DNA of 64,000 bases from positions 10,416,001 to 10,480,000 of the forward strand of contig NW_026262668.1 of NCBI RefSeq assembly GCF_021869535.1, read 5' to 3'. The position numbers were made by a program, and so were the translations under genes. This DNA is from Mytilus californianus (lineage: Eukaryota). Within the stretch, counting starts at the first letter, position 1; each line of letters opens with the position of its first letter. The notes beneath the pieces are model-generated. The model saw only the letters and a list, made by a program, of their open reading frames with translations, had not been told where the DNA came from and made no database searches. Positions 40,393-53,560 of this stretch are shown here, in pieces.

Positions 40393-42544
40393 GTTCTATA
40401 ATATATAAGGATATTTTAAACGGCTTTAACTACAATGAACGAGCTTTTTATCTTAAATAAGTTTTGGTGTTAAAATAAAGTAAATAAAGTTGTTAATGAT
40501 CTTTGTTAATCTTATTCACTGCTTTTCTAGACTTGATGTGATTTAGTACTTGATATATCATATATTGTATAGACAATGCTTATTGTTAAGACAGTGTGCT
40601 TTCTGCAATTAAGTTGTTTAATTGGATATGATTGTATTCCCTGCAGTATGAGATTTCTAAATATAGATTTTATAAGGTTCTTCGTTGTTTTGTTGTTTTG
40701 TTGTTTGTTGTTTTTAGTTTTAGTGATTAATTTCAAATACACACATAAAAGCAGAAGTTTTAGCACGCAATTGTCAGTTCAGAAAAAAATAGCAACAAAC
40801 AAAGTTTAACCTGAATCCAATATAAGAAGATACAACATAAAGAAGCAATAAAAACACAAATTTTCGACGAGGACAGACAATATCATGGTCAAAAGACACA
40901 CAAGTCAACATAACACAAATAAAACTTGATCTTGAGTAACACGTAACTGGCAAAGAACCCAGGTTCCCCGTGCGCACCTACCGATCTTGCAGATGCATTT
41001 GGAATGTAGCATATGATAGATAGTCGAAATTATTTGCTCACGACCAATGTTCAGAATTTTTTATCTATACACAGATGATTTTTCCAGATTTTGAATGTTC
41101 ATATCTAGCGAAAATAAAACTTTATTATAAATGTCATTGTCCAAATGATTTTTCTGAATTAACCTTCTTTACAGGAACGCTTAACCCCCACCATTTGAAA
41201 CCCAAGGATGTATAAATACAGAAAAATGTTTGGAGTTATACGACCAAAGTCATCTAAGGTCAATGTTGCCTAAGGGCGTCGGAACCTTTGTTTCTTAATA
41301 ATTTCTTAATTTATCAACTTACAATTCACGAAAAGTATGTAATTCATCATATCAGTACCGAAGCACTGACTACTGAGATGATGGTACCCTCGAAGAGCAA
41401 GAGTACACATTTTCACAACACCAGCTTACTTTTATAATATCTTTCTACGTAGGATTAGTTAAAAACGTTGTCCATGTGCTGAATTTTGACCTTTTCCTAT
41501 CATTTCATGGTTTTATTGATTTTCCCTTCGGTTTACTTCTCTGTCCACTATAAATCATATCCTTATTCAATAAAACTATGATTGAACCTTTTCCTTTTCG
41601 CGTTTTATTTCTAAGCGGATGATTATCGGAGATTCTTCCATCGTATAACGCATCGCCTCTGGAATGGAAAGGAAAAACTTCAACTGAAATATCATTACTT
41701 CTACAAGCAATTGGAAATATCTTATATAGAAAATACCTACATGACAACATTTTTTACTTTGAATGACATGTTCTGCATTTATTTTCTATATTGACCTGTT
41801 CTTTTCTGGAAAAAAACATGTTATGCGTAAAAGGAGAAACGAGATGGAAAAGAGATCGGAAACAAGGAATGTGTCAAAGAGATAATAAGCAGAAAACAAC
41901 ACAAGGCCATCAAATGGGTCTTCAATGCAGTGACAAAAACCCCGCACCCACAGACGTGCTTCTTCTGGCCCGCCCCTTAACAATAATGTATAATAGTTCA
42001 TCGAAATGAATGGCCTACTTAACTCCTAAACATACAAAGTAACCAAGCTAAAAAACACATAAAAACTAATAAAGGCTTGAGGTTCCTGACTTGGGACAGG
42101 CGCAAACATGTGGCGGGGTTAAACAAGTTTTGTGAGATCTCAACCCTCCCCATATACCTCTAGTCAATGTGGAATAAAAAAAAAATGCACACAGCAAAAG
42201 ACATAGTAAAACTCAGTTCAAAAGAAGTCCGAGTCCGATGTTATAATAGGAAACAAAAGAAACTAAGCAAAATGACAACAACATAAATTAACAAAGGACT
42301 ACTAGAAGTTTCGGACAAGCAAGCTCTAGAATTCAATTAAACTGGTTGAGAGATTATGGCTTCATCATAGAGAATCAATCACAATCCCTCCCGTTATTAG
42401 TAAAGTGCCATGCCATCAAAAATTATACAAGAAGAATATTATCCATATCATGCCAACATTTATTTAGCTTTTTTTTAGGGTTTTTTGTCATAAAGCTCTT
42501 CAACTGTTCCGGTTCTTATACATCCTCGGCTTTCAAACATTCGG

Positions 42545-42595
42545 CTTTGAGCGTTCCTGTTGAAGAGAAATTCAGAAAAGCGCTTCGGACGCATG
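42545..42595 (+). repeat. Degenerate family B hammerhead-like motif (sense to GABBR1)
   Basis: gagcgttcCTGTTGAagagaaattcaGAAAagcgcttcggacgca; homologous to 7051-7098. Confidence 0.5.
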
Positions 42596-43422
42596 GAATT
42601 ATTTAACGTGTTGTTTTCATTTTTAAGTATGTGCATGATCTAAGTCATTTAGTAATAAATTCAATGGTTGTCGTTGGTCGATGTCTGTCATATTTGTTTT
42701 TCGTTTAAATCAGACCGTTGGTTTTCTCGTTTCAATCTTTTTACCGTGTTTCGTGTCTAGCCTTGTATAGCTTACTATGCAGTATTTTTGCTTATTGTTG
42801 AAGGACGAACGGTGATCTATAGTTGTAAACATCTACGTCATTTGTGCTCTGGTGGTTAGTTGGCAATAATACTTCAAGAAAAACTAAACAAAAAAAGCCA
42901 TGTGAAAATGTTATATGTATAAATCAGTGACGACCATTGATTGAACATGCAACTTGCAGTTTATTTAATGAAGAGCAAAAACACAGACGTTTGAAAGATT
43001 CAGCAAAAAGTAACTGAATACATGAAAAATTTTTTGTTATGTCTCATTGACCTTTAACCCCACATTTACTCTTATTTGTTGAAATTGATTCAAGATGTGA
43101 ATGGCTGTAACGATTATCTTAAAGCTTTGTATTCAATTCAAACGCATCACAATGTTAGTCCCAATCGGGTCTTGACCTTTTTGTGATGTATATTGCAATT
43201 GATTGTAATTAATGATAATTAAGTAGTAATCAAGTTCACATTACGCGTAATGAAGGAAAAATAAATCGCTATTTTGCATTATTTTTCATTTTACACATGA
43301 AAAATTTGACAAACACTGGATAAATTTAAACATTTTACACAAATTACATCTCCTTTACTGACTAGAAAAATGTGTTTTCCTGATTATAGCTATGGAAAAT
43401 ACGACACTAGCAAGCATTCGAG

Positions 43423-44577
43423 ATTAAATCCTAATTGCTAAACAGTCATTGAGTTTTAAGATACTTTGATCTCACAAACCAAAGCACAATAGTATGCGAT
43501 GTGGACATTTAGAAGGAAGTTAGTTCGGCGTCAATTTATGTTTATACATACATAAGCTTTACAAACATAATCCAATATGAAGCAACATTATGAAATGGAT
43601 TTCACGGAAAGGTGAATCACCGTTTTTAGAATAGATTTTTATTTTTGTTTGAAATCAGAAAAGGATATTTTAAATGATAGTGATAATGTTTTTGATTAAC
43701 AAGCTTTCAAACTGTTAGCTAGCATGGTGAAGTCACGGAATAACTACAAGCACAACAAGTCGATACTGTCAAGAAAACTCAAAATGTTGTTTGGTAAAAG
43801 AACAGTAAAATGAGTGAGCATACACACATGCTTTGAATAAAAATATAAACTGTTGCAAAGGAACTGCTACATAAAGAACAATTCTTAAATAGTTATTTTA
43901 GAAGGGACGTATTTGTCCTGAAGTAATTTAAAGGATACTGACCCTGCCTAACGTAGTTTACGAAGACGGATTAGAACTTATGAATTGGTCTATTGAAATT
44001 AAATCCTAATTGCTAAACAGTCATTGAGTTTTAAGATACTTTGATCTCACAAACCAAAGCACAATAGTATGCGATGTGGACATTTAGAAGGAAGTTAGTT
44101 CGGCGTCAATTTATGTTTATACATACATAAGCTTTACAAACATAATCCAATATGAAGCAACATTATGAAATGGATTTCACGGAAAGGTGAATCACCGTTT
44201 TTAGAATAGATTTTTATTTTTGTTTGAAATCAGAAAAGGATATTTTAAATGATAGTGATAATGTTTTTGATTAACAAGCTTTCAAACTGTTAGCTAGCAT
44301 GGTGAAGTCACGGAATAACTACAAGCACAACAAGTCGATACTGTCAAGAAAACTCAAAATGTTGTTTGGTAAAAGAACAGTAAAATGAGTGAGCATACAC
44401 ACATGCTTTGAATAAAAATATAAACTGTTGCAAAGGAACTGCTACATAAAGAACAAATTCTTAAATAATTATTTTAGAAGGGACGTATTTGTCCTGAAGT
44501 AATTTAAAGGATACTGACCCTGCCTAACGTAGTTTACGAAGACGGATTAGAACTTATGAATTGGTCTATTGAAATTA
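43423..44577. repeat. Near-perfect 575-bp tandem duplication
   Basis: attaaatcctaattgc starts at 43423 and at 43998. I see only one substitution and one 1-nt indel between the copies. Confidence 0.95.
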
Positions 44578-46851
44578 TGTAAAAAGAAAAGTATAATGCA
44601 TAATGTTTTCTTCTTCATGGAATTTGGTGTTGATAGCAGATATTTGGAAGTATTTTTTCAATATGTTCAAACAACATTCTTTGATTGGGGCGAATTAGAA
44701 CTGTTATTTGCCCATTGTTTAACACAATCTATTGATCAAAAATGTAAGTTGATTTTTTGTTTCATTACGTTGCTGACCCTTGAAGTATATTTCCAAATAT
44801 ATGTTGGAATATAGTACTATAGATGAATTTGGGGGGAGGAGGGGTTAATAAAAATGGATAAGAGTACCTCGTGTTCCCTGCCTTGGTCTTCCAATCCGAA
44901 CATTCTTTTCCAACAACATATTTCATAACTAAAGAATTCACATATAAAGAGATTTATATCACTTCCAGACAAAAAAGAAACCCCGACATATTTGATATAT
45001 TGATAGAAATAGCCAATTTAGATTAAATCTTGTTTGTAGATATTAGTAGCTTGACGCGTCCCTGAACTCTGAACTCTATACGATGGACATTGATAGATTT
45101 TTTACCTTTGAGAACACAGACACTTACGAGCTGTGTGAACAAACGCTTTTCGAATGAATAAAATGATGAAGAATTGTAAATGCTAAAAAAGAGGAAAAAA
45201 CAACAAAAATACCGAACTCCAAAGTCCGTTATCAAAAGGCAAAATCAAAAGCTCAAACACATCAAACGAATGGAAAATAACTGTCATATTCCTGACTTGG
45301 TACAGGCATTTTTTTCCTTTTGTAGAAAATGGTGGATTGAACATGGTTTTATAGCTAGCTCAACCTCTTACTTGTATGAAGTCATATAGCATTCTAAAAT
45401 GATTTCAAATTCTTAAAGTGATTTTGTCTGGTCGTGCTATAAAATGAGAACTTGAAGTAAATTTTTTAAATGTTGAATATTCAATAATAATGGTAGGCCC
45501 CATTAATCATCACAAATAAAATGGACGGCTTAATTAGCTTTGGTGTATCTTTCAACGTTATCGTTGTGCACATTTATTGAAATTAAATTGATGATGGCGA
45601 ACATACATTTTAATGAATCTGTCTTTAGAGTAAAAGCTGTAGCCGTTGCAAAATTAGTAAAATTCAAAGAAATATTGTGACATTATATCGATCTTTAATT
45701 GCAAAACAGTCTGATTTACTTTCAGACAAATAGTTTTATCGTGGACTTGTGATTGCTAAGTTGATGTAGTTCCCCATTCCCATAGATTACAGTATGTCAG
45801 TCATCTTTTTCGAAACCTGTATCGTAAAATCTGACATTGTCTGTAATATCAATGGTTTCATTCGCACAACATGTAAGGTTGAATGTTTATTTATGTACGT
45901 TGTTACACTTTTCGATATCAAATGAAGGAATTCTGAGACCTCACAAACCCAGTTTTACACAGTAGCGTGTCTGTCAAAATTTAGGAACCTTGTTATCTTT
46001 TGTTATATTACAATCTGGGTTTTTTTCATTCTAAAAAGTAGTGATTGCAGATGTTTAATAATATGATGCTCGTCGTTCTTAAATATTTTCATTTTCATTC
46101 TTATACCACTTAGCCAAATGAAGCCAAACAATGCGGCAAACATCTTTTCAAGTTCTTAACAAACTTTTCTAGATTTGACCTAACCTTTACCTATACAGCA
46201 TAATCCACTATACAAAAACTCATTATAGCTGCTAACAAAGATGCTTACTAATTTGAACAGATGCATCTACCTTGATCTCTTTGTTCCATATGCTTCAAAT
46301 ATACTTAATAAACACATTTTAGTTACCGACAATAGGTTACAAATTTAAACAAGAGACAATAACCTTTTTCTACTTACAAGGGCCATCAGTTGCAAAAGAC
46401 AAGACAAAAAGCACAGTATAGCTACAAACAATAGTATGACTAAATTGAAGAACCAAGACTACCTTTTCCTATATGTCCCTTATCTTACCATATGCACGAT
46501 GAAAGGTTATAATTGCTACACACAAGATGATAAGTGGGTTGAAAAGGAGATATAAATCTACTCTTACCTTTACGGACCACATGTGGCAAAATTGTCGATC
46601 AAGCACAGTATACTTTATAAACTTACCATTACCAATATAGACCATGGTGGAAAGGGGGGATTACTGTATAGCATCCAACAAGATTATCTTAATTTGAACA
46701 AGACATATATAATCCTACCCTTATCTATTTGGACTCTATGTGGCATATTACACGATAAAAACACAATATAATAGCTACCAATACCACGAATACTAATTAA
46801 TGAATGATACAAGAACTTTATAGATAACAATAGTACGATTATTAATTTCAA

Positions 46852-46855
<4 letters not shown>

Positions 46856-46901
<46 letters not shown>
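46856..46901. repeat. (GA)23 microsatellite
   Basis: Read directly; paralogous to 38399-38426. Confidence 0.95.
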
Positions 46902-46905
<4 letters not shown>

Positions 46906-49900
46906 CTCAATATGATTTAGAGGTGTTTAGTGCGTGTGATTATACATTAGAGCACTAGAAATCATTACTTCAAAGGTGATAACTCATCTATTGTCTGATG
47001 TTTATTTAGATTTTGAAAATTATCTGGTAGAGATGTAAATATTATGCAATAAAACGGTTATATAAAATTTTCACTTTCCAAACCATTTCATTATCGTTTC
47101 ATTAGAATTGCATTTCTTTGCTATAACACTTTGTTATAAATATATTGATAAAAGATGAAGGATTCTATAATCTAAGATGCCTAAATGAAAATATCAAAAG
47201 CTGCAGCTGTTAATGCCTCTAGAAAAAAAAATCTCAATATAATTTATTGATTACTGAGTAAGAAAGATTAGGAGATCTTTAATAAGTTTAATGATATTTT
47301 GAAAGAGCGCTGAAACTGGTTGCATAATCACCTCATTCTTCAAATTTTTATGAAATGTTAATTGCATCTTATTCCATCCATCACAGCATTTTGATGTTAC
47401 ATTTTCTGACATGCTTTGATTGCACAACAATTTAGGAAATACTCTCACGCACAAAATGCAATTTTGCATTCGATTTAATACTATTTTCTCCTTAATACAA
47501 ATTATGTTCTGATGAATGGTATTTAATGCTTCTTTAACGAATGAAAACATTATAATAGATCACAAGCGCAGATCAATTTTGTACAGAAAGTGTTGCTCCC
47601 TTTTAATACTAATTCTCATATGCATTATGCAAACCATTAGTTTATCTGACCTCATTTAATGAGTGCATAAAAACGAATACAATTGACACCGTTCTTATAT
47701 TATAATTGTATATAATTGTAAATCATAATTGCAAGAAATAAGAAAGGTATGCTTTGTTCTTGTTCCTAACATAGTTCAGAAAAACTCAGTAGTCAGTGCT
47801 TGTTTTGAATAGCTATAATTACAATGAACGTGCCTTTTACATAAACAAGTTTTGTTGTTATAAATAAGATTAAGAGAATAGTCTTAGTTAATCATATTAA
47901 CTATTTTCCATATAGATATTGCTTATTGTTAAGACATTATGATGACCCTATTATTTATAGATATCTTTTGATGTTCTGTGTCTTTGTGTTGTTTTATTGA
48001 ATATATGACTTTTTTTGCAGCATGACTTTCATACTCTTTAAGATACGCAATTTTTAACTCGGAATATCGATTTCATAATTTTCCTTGTTGCTTTTTAATT
48101 TTATTCCTTAATTTCAAACACTCTATCACAAAAACAGCCTTTTTAGCAAGCAGTGTTTGAAAGAAATGTCAATTGTCGGTTCAGAAAATTGCAACAGACA
48201 AAATTGTAAAGCTGAATGTAGAATTATAAGAAAACACAATATAAAGGAGCAATTATAAAACATACCTGACAAAAAACGTAGCTGCCCGGGGGCACATACT
48301 GATCTGAAAGATGCATTTGGAATGTAACATATGATAAATATTAATCAAATTTATTTGCTTACGACAAAGTTCAGATTTTTTAATCTTTGTATTTTCCTCA
48401 GCTTGCACAGATATTTTTTCAAGAAATTTAGATGTTCATATCTAGCGTTAATAACACTTTACAAATTTCGTGTGTCCGAAGCTTCTGATAAACCCAAACC
48501 TTGGAAATCAAAGGATTTATAAAATACAAAAAAAATCTCGAGGAGTTATATGACCAAAAGGAACCTAAATAATAAAGCCAAATTCCTCTAAGGTCAAATT
48601 TGGCTTAGGGAGTCGGAACCTTAGTGTCTTAATAGTCACTTATTTTATCAAGAAAAGTATGTTATCATGGTTATAAATCATGTCAGTACAGCAGCACTAT
48701 CCACTGAGATGATGGTACCCTCGAAGAGTAAGAATACACTATTTTCCACCAGGTTCTTTTTATAATTTCTTTTTTATGAAGGGCTGGTTAACAACGTTTT
48801 CCATGTGCTGAATTTTGACCATTTCCTATCATTTCTTGGTTTTATTGATTTTCCCTTTGGTTTACTTCTCTGTGCACTATAAATCATACCCTTATTCAAT
48901 AAACTATAATTGAACCATTTCCTTTTCGCGTTTTATTTCTTAGCGGATGTTTATTGGAGATTCTTCCATTTCATAACGCATCGCCTCTGGAATGGAAATG
49001 AAAAACTTCAACTGAAATATCATTATTTCTACACCAGCAATTGGAAATATCTTATTTAGAAAATACCTACAGGACAACAGTCTTCCCCTTGCATGATATG
49101 TTCTGGCTATATTTTCTTAATTGGCTTATTCTTTTTTCGGAAATATATCAGATGCAAAAAAGAAGAGACGATATGCTTGTACCAAGGGGACAATTAAAGA
49201 ACTTTTAATATAGAAGAAAGGCAGAAATGTCATGACAAAATGCAAAACCCCGAACTGACATCAGCCCACAAAACATATTACATAAAACAAAAGATTAAGT
49301 TTTCAATCCAACAAAAAAAATTTATGTAGAGGGGTAAGTAGTGCATGCTCCAATAGCAGCGAACATCGTGTTACCTACTGCTGTACAGGCTTAAAATCTT
49401 TCACACAGTGATAAAAAATGAGAGGAATCCTTTATAAATTTTATGCGTTATTTATCTTTACATCAGGAACGTTTAAAGTTGAATATTTGAAAGCCAAGGA
49501 TGTATAAGAACCGAAATAGTTAAAGAGCTATATGATCAAACAGGACCTAGAGATAATAGCCAAATCTATCTAATACCAACTTCTGCCTAATGGAGCAACA
49601 ACTTTAGTTTCTTAAAATGTAAGAATTTATAAACTTACAATTTAAGAAAGGTTTGTTATAAATCATGTCAGTACTGAATTAATGACTATTGAGCTGATGC
49701 TACTCTCAGGGACTGATAGCCCAACTGCAGCGGTATCGACCTATTGCTATGAACAATGAAAACAATACTTTATAAATGTAATGTGTCTCAAGCGCTGATA
49801 GGTTTTCAGATAGGCAGAAAATAATATCTGTAGATATCAAAAATAAATAAATAAACCACAAGAACTGTTCATTCACATAAATGATTGATCAGCCAAAAAT

Positions 49901-49950
49901 AGAAACTATAGATTTTGATCTAGCTTTTTTGTTGCTTATCTACTCCATTG

Positions 49951-50660
49951 TTTTATATCAATACATTGCCGCTGTCTCGGTCGTCTTTCTGTCTATCGTT
50001 GTCTCGTACACCATTTACACTTACTTTAGATTAGGTTTGCTTTAACTTTTGTTTTTACAGGTTTCGATTTGTTTACAAAACGAGTTTAAGGTTCAAGATA
50101 CTATATCCATGCACGCAATACTTTTTTAGTAAACCTTCACCAGGCGCGCTTGTGGCCTTAAGGTTAAGAATCAAACATATGAAACGATTGAGAGCCGAAT
50201 ACCAAAACTGGTCTAAACAAAACTACATACCTGTCTGAAGTCAACCTTACTTATGTTAGTTACAATTGCATAATTTCATGAACTTGAAATTTGTTTTATA
50301 CCAATACATTGCCGTCGTCTCTGTCGTCCATGTGTATTTCAATTTGTCTATCGTTATCCCGTCCATCATTTTCACTTACTCGAGATAAAATCATAAGGTT
50401 TTGTTTTACTTTTTTATAGTTTAAAATTAATTTAATATCCTTTTTTTATATAATAAGGTTCAAGAAATCATTTCCATGCGCACTATACGTTTTTAATTAA
50501 ACCTTCATCAGGCGTGTTTGTGATTTAAAGGTTAGAAAGTCAATGAGATGAAACGTTTGAGAGCATAATAACAAAAAATGGGATACTAAGTAAACAAAAC
50601 AACTAAACCTGCTGAAGGCAACCTTGTTTACGTTAGTTGCAACATTAGTTTTTAACACAA
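49951..50660 (-). mobile_element. Diverged tandem dimer (period 343-368 bp), each unit with a hammerhead-like motif; retrozyme-like
   Basis: caatacattgcc unit begins at 49951 and 50294; aaaccttca(c/t)cagg is at 50131 and 50499. Confidence 0.6.
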
Positions 50661-50816
50661 TTATATATTTTTATGCAGTAGAAATTTACAGAAAAACATG
50701 TATCATTTGAATTTATGCCAACACCAATATTGAGTATGTTATAATAAACATATATATTTCATAAATTGCAATTCTATCAATTTGTTTTAATGTTTATTTT
50801 TAATATTTATTTCCAG

Positions 50817-50987
50817 CTTGGATACGGTTCTAGCTCGCCAGCATTATCACATAGGGAAAGATTTCCTACATTCTTCCGTACTCATCCATCCGCAACACTT
50901 CACAATCCCACACGTGTAAAACTGTGTCAAAAATTTGGATGGAAGCGAATTGCAACAATACAGGAAACCCAAGAATTGTTCACCTCG
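50817..50987 (+). CDS. GABBR1: GABA-B receptor subunit 1, coding exon (171 nt; [57 protein letters not shown])
   Basis: ttccag acceptor and gtaag donor at 50988. Carries the GABA-B R1 ligand-binding motifs YGSSSPALS and [13 protein letters not shown]. Confidence 0.97.
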
Positions 50988-51402
50988 GTAAGTTCACATT
51001 TGATTAAAACTGTCGCCTATGTCTTTAATAACTACATACATTCAAGAAAATTAATTTATCGGTAAAGGCACCGCCAGGGTCTTACTATTAAATTTGCTTA
51101 ATACGTTCATCATTGACAACCTACGGTTAACTCTATGAATTTTGAATTACCAATAAAGTGCTTTTCCATGCTCTGGTATCTTTCAATATTGTGTGATATA
51201 TACCACCCAGTCCAGATATATTTTCTTATTTAATAAACAGAATATTTAGAAACTGGAAATTTATTTAATATGTGCATATTACAAATACTTTCCTTGTCTT
51301 TTCGATAACATCTTTTTGGATTTATTCGGGTAACAGCTATTTTTCGATGACACAAATTTGTTACTTGAAGAATAGTTTTTGTTATTTTAAACAAAGTTGA
51401 TT

Positions 51403-52287
51403 TCAACAGAGTTATGATGAGGAAAGATTAAAAATGATACTCCGTAGATTTTATGGACACCATCACGAGTTGGTTGATCTATACGATGTGTCTGTGTCTA
51501 AACTAACTAATGACATTTTTACCACGTCTTAGATTGTGGTTTAACATCTATGTCGCCTGTCTGCTAAGTACCGAACGTGACCTATTCCCGAATATGACTG
51601 TTATACGGATAGTGAATTTACATTGCTATACAACGTGTCTCGGTATTTTGTACATCCAACATTCCTGTATTTATTTTTGATATTTCTGTAATGTCTTATC
51701 GTTTGTAGTCCAAATTATTATAAAATTGCCTTTTCATACCATCATTGTCATGAAAAGTTTTTTGACGAATATTGTGAAAATAATTGTATAAAGTTCGAGA
51801 TTGCATGTTAGTTACGGAAGCGCGTCACTGTTTTTGATATTCTGTGGTGTTTTTCGTTGATAGAATATGTTCGTTGTTTTTCTGTGGTTTGCATGTTGTG
51901 TAGACTATTATATTATTTGTTTGTGCCTTTCTCTGTTAGAATGTTCTTGCGTGTGTTTGTGCTGTATTTCTGTCACGTAGTGTTTTAGCGATACTTTTTA
52001 ACATTGTCATAAAGCGGGAGGTTTGGCATGCCATGAAACCAGGTTGAACCCACCATTTGTTTCTTAAAATGTCCTGTACCAAGTCAGGAATATGGCAGTT
52101 GTTATCAAATAGTTCGTTTCTATGTGTGTTGGCGTTTGTTTTTGTTGCACTTCGGTGTTCCTGTTGTTCCTTTGATTTCATCTTATAGTTGATGTGTTTC
52201 CCTCGGTTTTGGTTTGTAACCCGGATTTGTTTTCTCTCAATCGATTTATGACTTTTGAACACCGGTATACTACTGTTGCCTTTATTT
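51403..52287 (+). mobile_element. PLE family 4, RT C-terminus plus complete 3' tail
   Basis: QSYDEERLKMILRRFYGHHHELVDLYDVSVSKLTNDIFTTS*, then a tail ending tactactgttgcctttattt. Confidence 0.88.
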
Positions 52288-52319
52288 ATTCATATTGCTA
52301 TACTGTTTTATACTGATCG

Positions 52320-52900
52320 GTGTTTCAACTCACTAGTGACATGTTTTCAAGGTCTTAGATCTTGAGATACCAGTATAGTCGTCGGATCTGTAATTTTACC
52401 GATTGTATCCTAGTCCAAATTGTGACATCGTCCTGAACATGCATGAAATATTTGCACTGAACGTTAAGCAACCAACAATCAATCAATCAGATTGTGACAT
52501 TTTGACTGAGATTGAATTCGTATGGCGGGTGATGCATACAAAGTAGCAGACGCTTACCATATCGACGCACCCAGTCTCGCTCCTGTTGGAGATCATGTAA
52601 TTCCATCTGTTGTTTTTATTTTTTCATTACTTTATTGTCTCTTCCTAATCGATCTACGAGATGTGAGCATCAGTAAACAACTGTCGTTTTATTATATAGT
52701 AACTGAACGCTTTTGATAGAATATCTGTCATCAATTTCATACTAACTTAGTCTGACATTTTGACTTGAGTGTAAATTTGCAAGGTGGGTGATGCATGCAT
52801 ACCAGGAGAAGCTTATTCTGTTGACGCACCCGGTCTGCTTCCTTTAAAGGTTTACACGTTTCCCTCAGTTATGTCGTTACCTTGATTTCTTTTTTCTTTG
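52320..52900 (+). repeat. Further PLE end fragments and a (caat)3-tailed SINE/LINE end; two tail-like units about 260 bp apart
   Basis: VSQLTSDMFSRS* at 52321 and aagcaaccaacaatcaatcaatc at 52466. ggg.tgatgca...acgcacc.gtc occurs at about 52525 and about 52785. Confidence 0.45.
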
Positions 52901-53150
52901 TGGGTTGATAATATTATTACATCGGTAAACTACTGTTGTCTCTAATTAAGTTCAACTTTACGATGCCTGACATTATGATGAGGCATGTTTTCCCCTGTAT
53001 GTATCTTCATATGGAATACTAAAACCTTGTAAGTGAAACGTTAAAGAAAATGCAGTGTTATAACAAAAGGTCTACAACCGTGAAACTGTATGTGCGTACG
53101 TTTGAACTATGCTTTGTTAAAATCACAAAATGCATGCAGTAATATAACTA

Positions 53151-53560
53151 GAAACATATGTGGGTGATACCATCAGAGACATATACCGAAGCTTTGACCA
53201 ATGAACAGATGACAGTCTCGAGATTTTATCATATACTCTAGCTGTGGTTTCGACTCAGTATGGGAATGATAACCTCAGAGAATTTTACCGAAGCCCTGAT
53301 CACGGAAAAGATGGTACTCTCGATTTCATACAGATGTTGTATCGACTAAGTTTATGGGTGATACCCTCAGGGATGTGTACTATACCCATGACCACGGAGC
53401 TAATGGTATTCTTGATATCTTACAGTCTACCACCTTTAATAGTTGTCGTGACAAAATAGTCATCACCATTTATTTCACAGTATTTGATCAGCAGTCAGTT
53501 CAAAGGCCTTTTGCATGTACAGCCTGAAGATTAGTAGCTATCCATTTAAGGTTGATAACC
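53151..53560 (+). pseudogene. Three about 97-99 bp repeats with EF-hand-like translation
   Basis: GDTIRDIYRSFDQ*TDDSLEIL / NDNLREFYRSPDHGKDGTLDFI / GDTLRDVYYTHDHGANGILDIL, with one stop and one frameshift. Confidence 0.4.

Larger units (their letters stand above)
36055..49140. repeat. Diverged tandem segmental duplication (unit 1 about 36055-41815; unit 2 about 42655-49140)
   Basis: Collinear matches: 36480/42895, 37231/43703, 38938/47275, 40420/47815 and 41480/48800. Both units carry a (GA)n tract and a retrozyme fragment. Confidence 0.88.
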
